Origin: Spongospora subterranea f. sp. subterranea
Lineage: Eukaryota
Length of the DNA: 64,000 nt
Direction: 5' to 3'
Assembly: GCA_049724395.1 (NCBI GenBank)
Contig: JAUGWO010000129.1
Coordinates: forward strand, 62,001 to 126,000
In this document: positions 37,194-50,431 of the stretch, one piece after another
Layout: every line of letters begins with the position of its first letter
Position numbering within the stretch: the first letter of the stretch is position 1
The notes under the pieces: generated by a model
What the model saw: only the letters and a program-made list of their open reading frames with translations
What the model was told of the DNA's origin: nothing
The model's database searches: none
Translations under genes and position numbers: made by a program

Positions 37194-40100
37194 ATGGATG
37201 CACTTTCAACTCCTTTTGAATCGAGCGGAGGAGGCAGCATTTACAGAATATCTATCAATGAGACTCCGACCTCAGGAATTCGAGAAGTTTCTCCTAATGA
37301 CGCCAATTTACGTACACCAGAAACACTACGATTCAACACGCCTAAGGGGAATCTTGGGCCGTTTCGTACTCCTCACTGTCTGGGCAAACGCTCACGCTCT
37401 ACGCCTTCTGGAAACGCTGTATCATTGAAAGCAAAATATAAAAAATATCCTTGCCCGCAAACACCGCGTCGAGTTTTCAACGCTTCCACTCCTGCCCCCA
37501 AAAGCGCCTTCGTCGTCGCATTGTCCGAATCTCGCAACAAGCGACAGGTAAAAAAATACGTCAATGAGAAGTTAAAAAAGAGTTTTAAACCAGTATATAG
37601 GTGGGAGCTGCTATCTTGAATTTGCGGTCACCAGAACTTGATTTGTTTTTGTACACTGACAATCAAACATATCAGAGCACGTTACGTCTCGTACACCTGT
37701 ATGAACCTGTCGAAGTTTGTTGATTAAACTTAAACAACCTTCCCCTTCCCACATTGCGCATAGGTTCTTATATCCGATACTGCAGTCGGAAGCAACTTGT
37801 ACATGATTTTGAGTAAGCTCAATTACTGAGAGTGTAGATTTTCGTTCACATCATCTTAGACGCCGAGCTGGACATGTATAAAATCACAGCGTGTGAGAAC
37901 ATTCTTAACCGCGATTTATTAGTAAAATATTAATCTGCCACCAGATCAAAGAAAGCATTTCAATGAAGATCAAGGTCAACTCCTTCTTGAGCAAAAAGCC
38001 AGCCGCGAGAGTCTTAACGAACTACCTTTGGACTCTTCCTTGTAAGGTAAATGTTGTGTCAGATTTACTAAGCTATGACAGTTTTGACAGGTTTTTGTGT
38101 ATGGCTTCGACCAACTGCTTGCTTAAATGGGTTGCTTTTGAACAATGTGAAGCTTTTGCTCCAAATTCAATCAAGGTGAGAAGGGTTGAGCACGCACACA
38201 TTTTTAAGTTGACTTGTAAAACATATTTACAGGTTTCTTTGAAAACGCTGGATGGTCATATGGCTCTGAACTTGGCCACCATCAAAACTCTGGAGATCCT
38301 GTGTAATGCCGTCAATCCGAAAGCAAAAAAAGGTTCTTTATTCTCTGTTTTAAACCTGTGCAAAACCCCATTAGGAGGTCTGGGGAGGATTTAGCAGATT
38401 GATGTTTTTCATGACATTTTTTGCACAGAACGGTTACTCCGCTCAAGTTTGATACAGCCACTAAATCATATACCCACAATTAATGCTCGGCTTGACTCTG
38501 TGCAAGAACTTCTAGAAAACGATGAAACATTTTTCGAATTGTTGCCGCTTTTGCCTCAGTTTTCAAGCCTGGATCTCATGAATAATGGATTGGGTAGTTT
38601 ATTATTGTTTTTGTTCTCTTGTTCGTACTTAGCTGCCTTAGCAATGGTGTCTCGAACTGTATCAGAGAAGTCTGCTCAGCAATCGGTCACCGACCTGGTC
38701 AGCAGATGGCTCATACGATTATGAATTCCTTTTTCATTCGTGGCTCACAGCTCCTTGTTAAGCACGCACTGAGCCTATTTCCAAGAGTCGTTTCGGCATT
38801 GTCTACGTGCAACTCTACAATTTTAAAATCGATTGTTAGCGTACTGTCGTTTTTTAACCCATCCGCTGAGATGTTTATCCAAGGCTGAAACTCTTGATGA
38901 CCAGAAAAGAGAATTGATAATGGAGGAAATTAGCCAGTATATTACGGAAGATGCGCAATTACCAGAAAAGTCGTGCGCCCAAGTTCTTCATACGAGACTA
39001 GCGTTTGCAGTAAAACCTGGTCTCAACGGGTTGCTTGACGTTGGCCGAGCAACTTATTGCGAAATAATTGAGGCCATTAACGAAGTAAGTCTTTCCATGT
39101 AAAATAGTTCTGATGGACAATAAGTTTATCAGGAAATTCAAAAATACGTTGTCGAATTGGAACTACCGAAGATAAAGAAGCACTTCACTTCATCTCGGGG
39201 TTATGCGATATTGTCAAAATCAGTCGACGTTTTCACCAACTGCACGTTTAGGGTTTTTTTTGTCGCTGCCAATTGATTCTTTGAATGAATTGCCAGATAT
39301 TTTCATTCAAAGAAGCCGCCAAGGCAAACGGATTACTTTTTCCACTGCCAACCTCATTTCATTGGATGACCGCCGCACAGAATCGCTCGGTGATGTTTTG
39401 CTATTAACTGGTAACAATTAGCTCGAATTTTGAAGAAGTTGTAAAATCGTGGCAGAACGATGCCTACAAGAACTGTCGTCTTCTATCAGAATGCATCTCC
39501 CGTGGCTTCTGAATGTTACAGAATCAATTGCAGTTTTGGACCTCCTCGTTAATTTTGCGAACCTTGTTACGCAACATGATTCGTACATCAGGCCTATTCT
39601 TACGAAAGACGGTCCGATCGCAATCTCAAAGGGCCGCCATCCGGTTAAAGAAGCCGCGTGCGCATATGGATTCACACCTAACGACATCTACCTTAATGAA
39701 ACATCAAAACTGCAAGTCGTTACTGGACCAAATGGCAGCGGAAGTAAGTACCGCGATAGGCAACTCAAAGTGAATACTTATGAAATACTCCTCAGAATCA
39801 ACTTACCTACGTCAGACAGGACTGCTTGTTATCATGTCGCATATTGGGTCCTTTATACCTGCAGCATATGCGTCGGTCCCCGTTATTGACCAGGTAAAAA
39901 ATGATTCCCTGCGAATCAATTTACAGACAGAAAAGCAGATATTTTCGCGAATGAGCCATGGCGATGACCTTGAGGGGAATGCATCTGGGTTTTTCGTGGA
40001 AGCAAGAGACGCAGCGTCGGTTTCTGTAATGTTTTGAGATCCATTTGATAACAGAATTGATCATAGGTTTATTGTCAGAAACACCACAAACTCGAGTTTG

Positions 40101-40855
40101 GTCCTAATTGACGAATTAGGTAGCGAGCGAAAGAATAAATGCAGTTTGTCTAAAGTCTTCTGTCAGGTCGCTCAACATCAACAGTTGACGGTATTGGCAT
40201 TGCATGGTCAGTCATCGAGGAAATCATATCAAAGGGGTCTTACTGCTTATTCGCAACGCATTTTCATGAACTTACCGACCTTCCTCGACTATATCAGCAG
40301 ATACATAACATTCAATTGAAGGCATGCATTTTCTTGCTATCCAAGCAAACTATTAATATGAAATTAGGTTGACCAGGTTGATCAAAAAGTAGATTTCTGC
40401 TATTCAATCGCAGATGGGTCATGCCAAGAGGTAATCAATTAAAACAAGCAATTTCAGTTTTATATATTCTGTCTAGTAGGTGACGAACCAATATGGTATT
40501 TATATCGCTGGTAATGTCTCATTTCAGTGGCTACAACAACTTGTCTGACGGATAACAGAATTGGCTATGTTTCCACAAAACATAATCAGTTTCGCACGGA
40601 TTTTGAGTGCACAACTCAGGCGAAGATTTAACGTCAGCTCAGCATCTCATCCGACTACAGCGTGTTTTTACGACACTATCCAAAAGTTAATCTCCCTTCG
40701 GCATTGCACATTACCACAGCAAGAACTTATATCGTATTGATATCACCAGAAATGCGATGAATTTCTTATCAACGATGCACAGATACTTGCGAAGGATTCG
40801 CGAAGAAATGTTGCCTGATGACCAAGGAGAACTGCCTACGAGCCAAAATAGCTGA
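37194..40855 (+). CDS. MSH4: MutS homolog 4 (meiotic crossover factor), many exons
   Basis: No mismatch-binding domain I evident. Motifs: [13 protein letters not shown]...[70 protein letters not shown]. Confidence 0.9.
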
Positions 40856-41255
40856 ATAAAGTGAAATTCTGCCAATATGAGGTCATTAATTCATGATTCA
40901 TGAAAGGCCAACTGGCCAATCGCATCGCGCCGCTGGCGGAACTCAGGGGCACGTACTTTTTGGCGCGCATTTCTATTGTGAAGCGGTGCAGGGAACTGTT
41001 GAGTTAAGAGCGTCCGTTGACAAAGCGCCGGTCCCTGCCTCGTTATATGTGACGTTGAGTGAGTGTAAGTGTGTCGTGTATCGAGGCTGGGTGCGCTGTT
41101 CTGATTGATCAAGTGGCTGTGCTGGATTCAGTGATAGAGTGTTCCTGATTAGATACAGGGTCCTTCATTCTGTCACCATCATCATCCCCTTGGTGGTTAT
41201 TACCGATCACCACGTCAATCACTGGTATTGAGTGTCATTTTTCCAACATTTCTTG

Positions 41256-42407
41256 ATGCCCAGAATCGTTGCGTTCTCTCCCGCGACAGCGTTTTCTAAA
41301 TCGCTTCTTTTCGATAACAGAAATGAGGACCATCAAAAAAGTCCATCCTTCAAGACACATCAATTAAAATGGGCGCCGTCGCCTGGTGAGCCTCAATTCA
41401 AAGCCAATAAGCCCAGAAATTTTTCCCGAGCTTATAATCAGTATGACGACTTTGAAGATACTTTTGACAATGCCAATATGGTTGGATCTTTTCGATTCAT
41501 TCAATCTCAGAAGTTAGCAATTTCCAGTGATCGTGATGTGGCTGGCCCATGCTGGACCCATGACTTCTATAAGCTACCTCTTGAAAGGATTGCCTGTTTT
41601 TTAACAGTACCGGAACTTACGGAAGCTGCGATGCGTTCATGTAAGAGCTGGAGACAAGGGTTTTCACAGGAATCGGTTTGGCGAATGATATATGGCCGCA
41701 AATCATACCCCCTACAATTTTCCCAACGATCTTTCGCCCGCAGCTGGAAGGTTTTGTGTCAAGGAGGATCAAAGTTCTCTATGACATCATTACTTGATAT
41801 GTGTCCCGAATCAGTTTATTTCGACTTTACTCCGTCAGAGAGTTGCAAGTTTGTGCCTTCTAGATCAAACTCCATACTCGGTCATCCCAGGTCTCCAATC
41901 ATTGCCTGTCTGGAGGTCCTTCCTGGTTTCTATTGGGTGGTTCTGCAGACTGTCGTCGGTTTTATTCACACAGGGGTTGCCGTGGACAAAGGAACGTTGA
42001 TTATCGATCGCGGAATCGAAGTTGCAGCTCAATTTTTATCTCAGATGTCTACTGCAGGATGGAAATCAGCTAATGTTCGATCAATTACCTTATTGCTTAT
42101 GACTTTACAAGCAGTTCCGCATACCATCCCGGCTAGCATTGCCATGAAGCATCCTGGATCATTTATCATGCAAAACCCATTCAGGTTGGTTTTGAGGTTT
42201 CCAAAAGGAGCGCAACCTCCACATTACTTCTTCGGTATTCCTAGCGAAGCGTCCAAAAGGAGAATCATGCTGCTCCCAGAGACACTAACAGATGTACTTG
42301 CTTTTGATGAAAACATTCCGTTATTCGACGATGACGCTTTCGCTACATTAAAGTTTGATGACCGACATACCCAATTAGTATGGGCAGTTCGTATTTCTAA
42401 AAATTAA
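41256..42407 (+). CDS. Intronless F-box-like protein with unknown C-terminal domain
   Basis: 383-codon ORF containing KLPLERIACFLTVPELTEAAMRSCKSWRQGFSQESVWRMIY. Confidence 0.7.
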   Translation: MPRIVAFSPATAFSKSLLFDNRNEDHQKSPSFKTHQLKWAPSPGEPQFKANKPRNFSRAYNQYDDFEDTFDNANMVGSFRFIQSQKLAISSDRDVAGPCWTHDFYKLPLERIACFLTVPELTEAAMRSCKSWRQGFSQESVWRMIYGRKSYPLQFSQRSFARSWKVLCQGGSKFSMTSLLDMCPESVYFDFTPSESCKFVPSRSNSILGHPRSPIIACLEVLPGFYWVVLQTVVGFIHTGVAVDKGTLIIDRGIEVAAQFLSQMSTAGWKSANVRSITLLLMTLQAVPHTIPASIAMKHPGSFIMQNPFRLVLRFPKGAQPPHYFFGIPSEASKRRIMLLPETLTDVLAFDENIPLFDDDAFATLKFDDRHTQLVWAVRISKN

Positions 42408-42459
42408 TAGTCTCTATACTTAAACCAAACTGTAATTTCAAAAATAAACCTTCAACTGT

Positions 42460-45400
42460 AACATTCATCATATCAGTTTATGCTAACGAGTAGTATCTGC
42501 ACCTTGCGTCCTGACTCGTGACCAATCAAACACTTCCCGATTCGGACGTGTCACTTTCAGAAACAATGAATGCTCCAAACCTCACTGATGCACTTCCAAA
42601 TGCGCTGTGATGTCAGGATTCATGCTGGGCTGGCAATCCCTGGCATAAAAACAGAAGTAAACCTGTACAGCGCAAAGGTCGCTCAGTTCATCGCTGTTTC
42701 GCTTCCATCAATTCCCCAGGGCTTACTGGGTGAGTTCCCTACCAACAGATGTCTGTTTGTTGAAATTCGTTGAAGAAACTGATCAGGGCGATTCTGTGCA
42801 CAGTTCTGTACGCTCCAACCTAACAGGTAGGCTTCGATTGCGCTCTCGCCTGCACACGTTTTGAAAGCACAACGCTGGATGCGCGCAATGATGGTAGACT
42901 GGGCTTGGTTTGAGCCGGTAATCAGGGAGACGCGATCCAGTTCGGAAGTTAGAAATGGAGCTGTATCTCGGTCAGTATTTGGGTGCTGAGAGTTTTGATC
43001 AGGCATGTATATGGGACGTTTTCTTCGTCATGGAAAAGAAAGACTGTTGAAAATCGTTAAACAGGGTGAAGATAGAGCTTTCGTGGATGGCATGTGCGAC
43101 GTAAAGAGCCATCCACGAAAAAGCTCTATTTTCATGCTTTTCAACGTCTTTTAGTATCACTTGAGCGCTTGGCAATCCGCTAGACCCTGGATCGAGTAGG
43201 TTATTGAACTCTTTTACTCTTGTAAGTTGTGACTTTACCTTCTTCAACCCTTGTAACAATCCAGGGCCAATTTATCGATATTAAATCGCAGATCAGCCAC
43301 AGAACAGTGCGAAAAAAGGACCGGTTTCGGGTCTTGAAGTAGAATATTCTTCAGAAAATATCTAGAATTGTCAACATAGTTTTCCCAAGTCTGTTTTGTC
43401 AACGAATATACAGCCCCATATCTAACATTGGAGCATGATCGTCTCTCTGCATAGTAACTACTCCCTCCCTTTTTAATTACCGATACTGATGGCAGCATCT
43501 ATCTCAGGTTTGTTCTCCATATCCTGAAATAGATGCTTATCACGAAATTTTCAAGGTCTGCCCCTATCTTTATTCAGCAAGATAATGCTCGACCGCATAT
43601 GACGCCTGATCGTGAACAATTCCGAATTTGCGCGCAGGAAGATGGTTATGATATAAGGCTCTTCTGCCAACCAGCAAACAGTCCAAATTTTAATATTCTT
43701 GACCTGGAATTTTTCAACGCTATTCAATCTATACAACATACCGAATCCCCAAAAAACTTGGATGAACTAATAAGTCGTCCATGCAACTTCCTATATCAAT
43801 TACCTGTCTACTAGAAACAGTAACAAGGGCTAGAAATATAATTGTGGATGTGTAAATCCTGCAAGCTTGTTCTCTCATCTGATCAATAAAGTGAGAAGTG
43901 TTAATCTGGACTGTTTGCTGGCTGACAGAAGGTCCTTAGATCATACCCATCTTCCGGCGCGCAAATTCGGAATTGTTCATGATCAGGCTTGATATGCGGC
44001 CGAGCATTATCTTGCTGAATAATAGATAGGAGCAGAACTTGAAAATTTCGTTCTAATGGCAGGTAGAATCTTGGTCAACAGAGCGTCAAGGGACTGTCTT
44101 TGGTCAACAACCACAGGCTTCTTCACCGCTGTCCCTCTTTGTCGACTTATGCTCCACCGTTTTGCAGGTTCCGCGACCAGATGCCAATTTTTCTGTCAAC
44201 AACGCAATTATTCCAGTCATCAAATCTTGGTCGAGCAACAGCTGCAAGGAACATGATTTTTCCAAAACATTTCTTGCTTTTTTTGCAGGAACGATAGGGT
44301 TCTTCTTCGTCCGGATAATGCATTTTTTTAAGTTGACGATTTAATGTAGCTGCAGAAATACTCGTTGCTGCAGAAAAATGTCTAAGGGTGTTCCTTTTGC
44401 TCAAAGGAACGGTAGCGACATCGGAAGAAATGTTCGGGTATTTTGGTTTCCGACCGCAGTTCTTTTTCTGATGCGATAGAACTGCTGCAGTGGCTTCTGC
44501 TGCCAATGAATTTTTTCCTCGATGTCAAATCCGGCTAATCGTGAGCCAAGATACGTTGAATTCGGCCCCGATAATAGCGGGCACCCCTTTTTTGGGTTGT
44601 CCATTGATATCCAACATCGTCAAAAGGCGGTGGTACACAGCTCTGCGGGCATCGTCGCTTACACTGTTAACCGTTTCTGGTTGGTCTCCTCATCTGCAAC
44701 TTGTCCATCGGCAGCAGGAACGTTCATCTGATAATGAAATGATGCAGTTCAAGAGTGAAATCAGTAATAGAGGAAGATGATGTCTAACAGGCAAGAACCC
44801 TTAACCATCCTAACGACATCACCCTCATCATCACTTAAATTGCACTACCCACAAATTTCCAAACCAGTTCCAAACAACGATCTTCCATCAAAACACATAA
44901 ACGCTCCAAATTTCAAACAAGATCAAGTTGCGTCACAAGCTAGCGACCACAAAAAATTGGATTGTCAAACTTGAAAAATAAGCTTATTCCAAACAGAAAC
45001 TCGGTATCGACCAGTTATGATCGACCAGTTATTTTGAAACGGAGCGAGTAGATAATGCTGTAGAACATCAACCCTTCACCTGTACTCGTTCAACGAGAGA
45101 ATGAACCTTTCCAGCGAGTAGGACATGATCCCTGAAAATAACAGCCGACTTCCCAGCAGACACTCAGGATGCGCTCCAACAAATTGGTCAAATATAGTCT
45201 CAGGGCCATCCACGTAAGCTTCATCATCTTCACCCTTTCAACGATTCTTAACAGTTTTTCTTTTCCTTGGCGGAGCTTATCTACATTGAGCGCTTGGCAA
45301 TTCGCTAGAACTGGATCGAATAGGTTATTGAACTCTTCTCCTCTTGTAACTTTTCCTTTCTCCAAACAATATTCCTTTTTTTGGAATACAAAAACAGACT

Positions 45401-46100
45401 CAGCTACTTAACCCGAGATACGAGCAACAAAATTACACTATCAATTCAAGGGTGCATCGTGTCTGCACCTTTGTTAGCAACAGGGCACTTTTTGCTGGCG
45501 AGCTCTATGATTATCGCCGCATCTTGTCAACGCTGATCTACATAAAGCAGCCGAGCCATTGTGATCTCTTCCTCGTATGTAATAGCATCAGATCAACTAC
45601 ATGTTAATATCTTTTTTCAAGAAACGCCCTCTTTTCTGAACATTTGTAAAATAACGCTAGAGCTCGGGGCTGTACCTTGAATAGGTTCACAAGATTGTTC
45701 GAATATCGCATTCATGAGCGAAAACCTTTTATAAATGTATTCAATTGACGATAATAACTCGTCCTTCAATCCTGTTTCAAGCTTGGATAAATATCGAATA
45801 GCGAACATCACGTTTGGCCGGAAATACGATGCTGTTGTACGCCGATAAGTCCACGTCTGGTTATTACCTTGAATTTGGTCGGTTTACTTGGCATCCACAA
45901 GAGTCGGATAGTCGTTGGGTAAATTTGATTTTCTGGGAGCACGTTGCATATCGAGGCATGAGGCGATGAAACCACTCAACCTCATGCTCAACAATCTAAA
46001 AGCGGCACTGTTCACTGGAATGGGCCCGGGCAAATTGACAATAAAAATAAAGCCGTTTCGCTTCCCTTTGTCACTTGTTCCTTCTTCACCTTCACTTTTC
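42460..46100 (-). pseudogene. Decayed gene with an internal sequence repeat, interrupted by a mariner
   Basis: Chain of broken minus-strand ORFs. 43160-43240 resembles 45285-45355 (EFNNLLDP / EFNNLFDP). Confidence 0.45.
43461..45048 (-). mobile_element. DD39D (plant-type) mariner with Stowaway-like TIRs and TA TSDs, internally rearranged
   Basis: Ends are TA|CTCCCTCCCTTT at 43461 and AAACGGAGCGAG|TA at 45048. Motifs: KNCGRKPK, KIMFLAAVARPRFD, KIGIW, QQDNARPH...SPNFNILDL, with 39 residues between the two Asp. Confidence 0.88.
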
Positions 46101-46962
46101 ATCTCCCCTTTTCCTTCTCATATATTCTCTTCCCTTCATGGTGGCCCCCATCGAGGTCGACCACAGCAAAACTTGAAGCCCGAAAATGGTCGTGATTGTG
46201 AACGTGGTCACCAGTAACACTGTGAAAATCACTCTATCGACCGTTGGTTCTGCTGTATAAAACAACACGTTCCCCGGAACCAATCTCGTTATTCCTTGGT
46301 GTAAACTCGATTCCCTGATGTACTTGAAGGGGCTTTCCTACAACGAATAATATTAGGGCGATGTCAGATATATCAATGTCCGTCACGGAGTCCGTGTAGG
46401 ACGACCATCAGATGTGTGGAATCGGATCATCACGTGTCATTCGGTTAGATGGTTTGTCGACTCCGTTTAGCTGTTTTGGTAATCCCAGTGTATTATCGTG
46501 CTTGTGTATAGCCAACACACGATAATCCATGAGAGGGTCGCCCATTTAGTTCATCTGAGAACACACCACCCCTCATTTAGGTCGACAGGTTTAGCGAATG
46601 TGAATCGCAATGAAACTGTTTAGTCAACCACGAGGGGGACATCAACTATATTACTCGCTTGTGATGATGCCCAACTCCATGATTGGTCCATTGTATGCGA
46701 GTATTATGACAAATCTTACCAGCCCGGTCAATGTTTACAGTGAACGATGGTGATGAATCGCCCCAGATTCATCACTATCGTCCAATCCCGCCAACAACCT
46801 GATTGACTCACCGTCTTTGTGAACTTGATCTAATAGTTGGGCGCAGATTGAAGCAATCCCTATACCCATTGCCGTTAACGGTCGTCTATCTGATATCTGC
46901 AAGAGGGACTTCGACATTTCACCAACCGCAGATCGGCGATATAATCGCAATAAAAACACATT

Positions 46963-49377
46963 TTATTCTCTAACTAATAGTACAACCGATTCGCAATGTT
47001 CAGTGTGAGGGAACATGTCGACCAGAGTAGCTTTGATCGGGCGGAAGGCGGCGCCCGGTCGCTTATCGGATTCGGGACGCAGGAGGGCGGTGAGATCCAC
47101 CGCCATGGATTTGGGATTACACGAGACATAGACGAGCCGCTTGATCTGGGAGCAAGAACGAATGGTCTTCAATACCGACTTGTGTAAACCGGGACGAGGA
47201 GGGTCAACGACACACACCACATTGGGCGTTGCCGATGGCGGACATGACGACAATCGTTCCTTAATTCCAGCAGATAACGTGTCCTGAACACAGTGAACGA
47301 ACGCGCAAATCAGGAAGCGTTTTTTGTGGCGAACTCAACAACGCGATGACTACCTCAGCTTTACCGACAAAGAATCGGCAGCGATCGAGCCCATTGCGTG
47401 CTGCGTTCTCACGAGCGTCATTGACCGCTGATTCGATCAGCTCGAACCCGGCGACTTCAGATACACGATCGTGAAGAGACATTCCGATAGTGCCTGGAAC
47501 AGAGGGTGTGAGGAGAACGGGCCAGGATGACAGATATTGACAATTGGGATTTACCTGTCCCGCAGCAAACATCGGTCAATATTGTATAGGACGATGGGGA
47601 CGACAAGGGCTCCTCGGGGATCGACCACGATCCGACAATATCGTAGAGGAGCCGAGCCGCTTGAGTATTGACCTGGTCGGGCAGCTCGTTATCGAAACGA
47701 ACGACGACACGGTTAAAGGCGAAGTACCTGAAAGAATGAGGATGGCTGGATCTGGAACTGATATGGCCCAAGATATTCAACTATATAGGGGTCCCCTAAT
47801 ATAAGGTCATAGGGCAGATCGGTCGGGACGATATTGCCATATCCTGAAAACGACTAAGGGCGGGAGAGGTTATTAGAACAGGAGGCAGAGGGCGGGAGCA
47901 ACGCGATCGCCAACGGACCTGGATGGAGATACTCCTGATGGACCACGATCGCCCATCGAACGACTCCGAGCTGTAGGTATCGGCCGGCCATCGTAGCGCG
48001 ATCCGCTCCTTCAACGCCGTCACTTCCGTATCGGATAATCGTGATAAATCGGCTGAGAACGCCAACATAACCGAACTGGTTGTCGCCGCTGTCCTAATCT
48101 GAGCCGACGACGTTAATCGCGTGAACGACGGTGGGATTGATGAAAACGCCTCACCAATATCCGCCTCCAAACCCCAGTCGATTCACTGTCATTGCCCATC
48201 TGTTGGAAAGCGGCATAACCCGATTGCCGAATGAACTCCTCCACATCTTTGGCGATCCTGGCCGTGATCTCCGGCAGATTGACAGCCGTCGACCCCGATT
48301 CGATAACTAGCCGACCAGCGTGACGACCGATATTGAATCCAACACAGATTTCATCGGCCATGTTCAGTCCGATGGTCAAATCGTTCTTATTGCGATAGCC
48401 TGTTGCGAATTTAGCGAATTGAACCCCAGATGGTGTTGAACGATGAACCCGACCCTGTTGGCCATTGGCCCAGCCGTGAATGCTCTCGATCGGGCACGCC
48501 ATGAACGGGGACAGCGCTGTGGTCTCCACCTCGACCGACGACACCACATCCAGCGACTGGTAATCGTGGAGCTGGGCGACAACGGCCTGACGACCCACAC
48601 CTGAGCCACAACATCCGTATTTTAGAACATCAATGAACGGGGGCCATGGATCGACAGCAATCATCACCCTTGAGATCGAGTGTTGGATAGCTGGCCGCTG
48701 ATAGCTTATAATCCTTACGAAGACTGGCGATGATTGACGTCAATGCATCTTGTAATAGTTTAAATTTCTTGGCCAATTGCGTTTGATAATCGAATTTCAA
48801 CCATGGCGTCACCACGTCAGGTATTGACTTAACAATTGTCTCCTGATAATCCGCTACACCCGAATTTCGAAGTTTCTTTGTCGTAGATTTCTGGTAAGAA
48901 TCCTCGCGTAATCTCTTCTGGGAACTGGTTTCGTTCTGTCGTCAATTGCAGGGATTAGATCCGACGAAAACCACAGCCAGAGAAAACCCAACCACGAATG
49001 GGCATTCCTGAATGGTATACGGCAGTTCGGAATCCTGTCGTTTGAGCGCTTTTAGCCTCTCCAGAGCGGCGTCGCGATCATTCTCGGATTGGAATGTGAT
49101 CACGCCATGACTCCGATTAGGTTTCTGATGAAATTCGAAAATCGATGTGAACGGGCGAACTATATGGGAAATCTATGAAACGAAGAACTGACCTTGAAAA
49201 CCGCAAGAAACTGAGTGACGTTGGCTTCTTCAACCTGATGAAGATAATGAGCAACATTATACATTCTGATCTACATCTAGCACATACGAATGCCTGCATC
49301 CTGGCGACATTAAGGTATGATGGAACTGGGTGAATACGTAATGCACATAGCCCTTGGACAGCAGCAGATTTACTCAT
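46963..49377 (-). CDS. TRM2: tRNA (uracil-5-)-methyltransferase TRM2/TRMT2A with N-terminal RRM-like region, multi-exon
   Basis: VTPWLKFDYQTQL, GYRNK, GVWRRILVR, DVCCGTGTIG, VVDPPRPGLH, VYVSCNP, VDMFPHTEHCE. Confidence 0.93.
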
Positions 49378-49597
49378 TATTATCTGGGGCCACGATATCG
49401 CCCTGGGATCGAATACTCCCAGTCACGGTCTGAATACAAATGGCACAATTTATTCGGTCGAAAACGTGCCTTAGGATCTTGACTGGAACGGGTTGGAGCC
49501 GGCGGGGTCTCCGGACCCCGTCACGGAGTCCGGGTGATGATCATGGCTCTGGAAAGCAATCGGCCACAGCAAAGGCCCTGCGTGTTTGATTGTCGTG

Positions 49598-50393
49598 ATG
49601 CCCGGGCCTGTGGCGATGCCTGGAATGGCGATGCCTGAGATGGCGATGCCTGAGATGGCGACGGGTTCGAGCAAGCGATCGTTGACCTCATCGCATTTAT
49701 CGGATCAGGACATGATCTGCCTATTGGATCGGATCTCGTGTCAGTGCGATCCGCTCGCCGACTGTCTGGCCAGATCTTCTGGCGCCATATTGAATCGGGG
49801 AGCAATCTCCAGTCTCATCATATCGCTCAAACGCCGATGGAAAAGATGGCCGTCCAAAGACGCATCTAACGAAATGAACTTATTATCAAATTGGATCGTT
49901 ATTTCCTTTCAGCGTTTATTCAATCAACAGGTTTCGTCTATTGATCATTATCGATAGCGATGTTCTAAAATCCGTTTTTAGATCGCCAATGATCAAACAC
50001 CCGCGATTCTCAACGACGCCTCTATTTACCATGAATTTATGAATGTTCAATCTCGTGCTGTTCGTCGCGTGTTCAATGCGATTCCTTATATTGTTGGCGA
50101 TCAACAAGTAAATCGGTCATCGTCTCCAGGTGATATATAATCGTGTTCTCTGTACGATAGTGATTGACCAACGTATTTCGCTCTGTCAGCGCTGTTGGAG
50201 GCATTAGAAGCACAACGGCAGGCGAGGTTTAATGTGTGGAACGATGAGATGGAAAAAGAAGAGAATGGGTTGGTGATCTTGATGACTATACGACGGCGAT
50301 ATCGGTTAATTGGTTTATTACAGGAAAATGGGGCCGTTTTCTAATCTTCACCTGTCTATACCGGTGTCGAATCTGGACACCGTTCAGGTTTGA
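49598..50393 (+). CDS. Hypothetical spliced protein divergent from TRM2
   Basis: Frames join through GT-AG introns (RLFNQQ|IANDQTP...SSP|ALLEALEAQRQARFNVW). No family recognised. Confidence 0.45.
49611..49661. repeat. 15-bp minisatellite, about 3.4 copies (tggcgatgcctgaga)
   Basis: Read directly. Encodes MAMPE repeats. Confidence 0.9.
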
Positions 50394-50431
50394 CCATTCA
50401 CTGTCGTTTGTTGTGAATCGGGTTCATGACA

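Noticed and set aside
40945..41105. U3 snoRNA-like start (TACTTT...CATTTCTAT.GTG) and a later TCTGA
   Set aside because: It lacks the conserved GGATCA of box A and a box C between the B-like and D-like motifs.
46650..46711. C/D snoRNA candidate (GTGATGA inside a terminal stem)
   Set aside because: No CTGA box D next to the closing stem.
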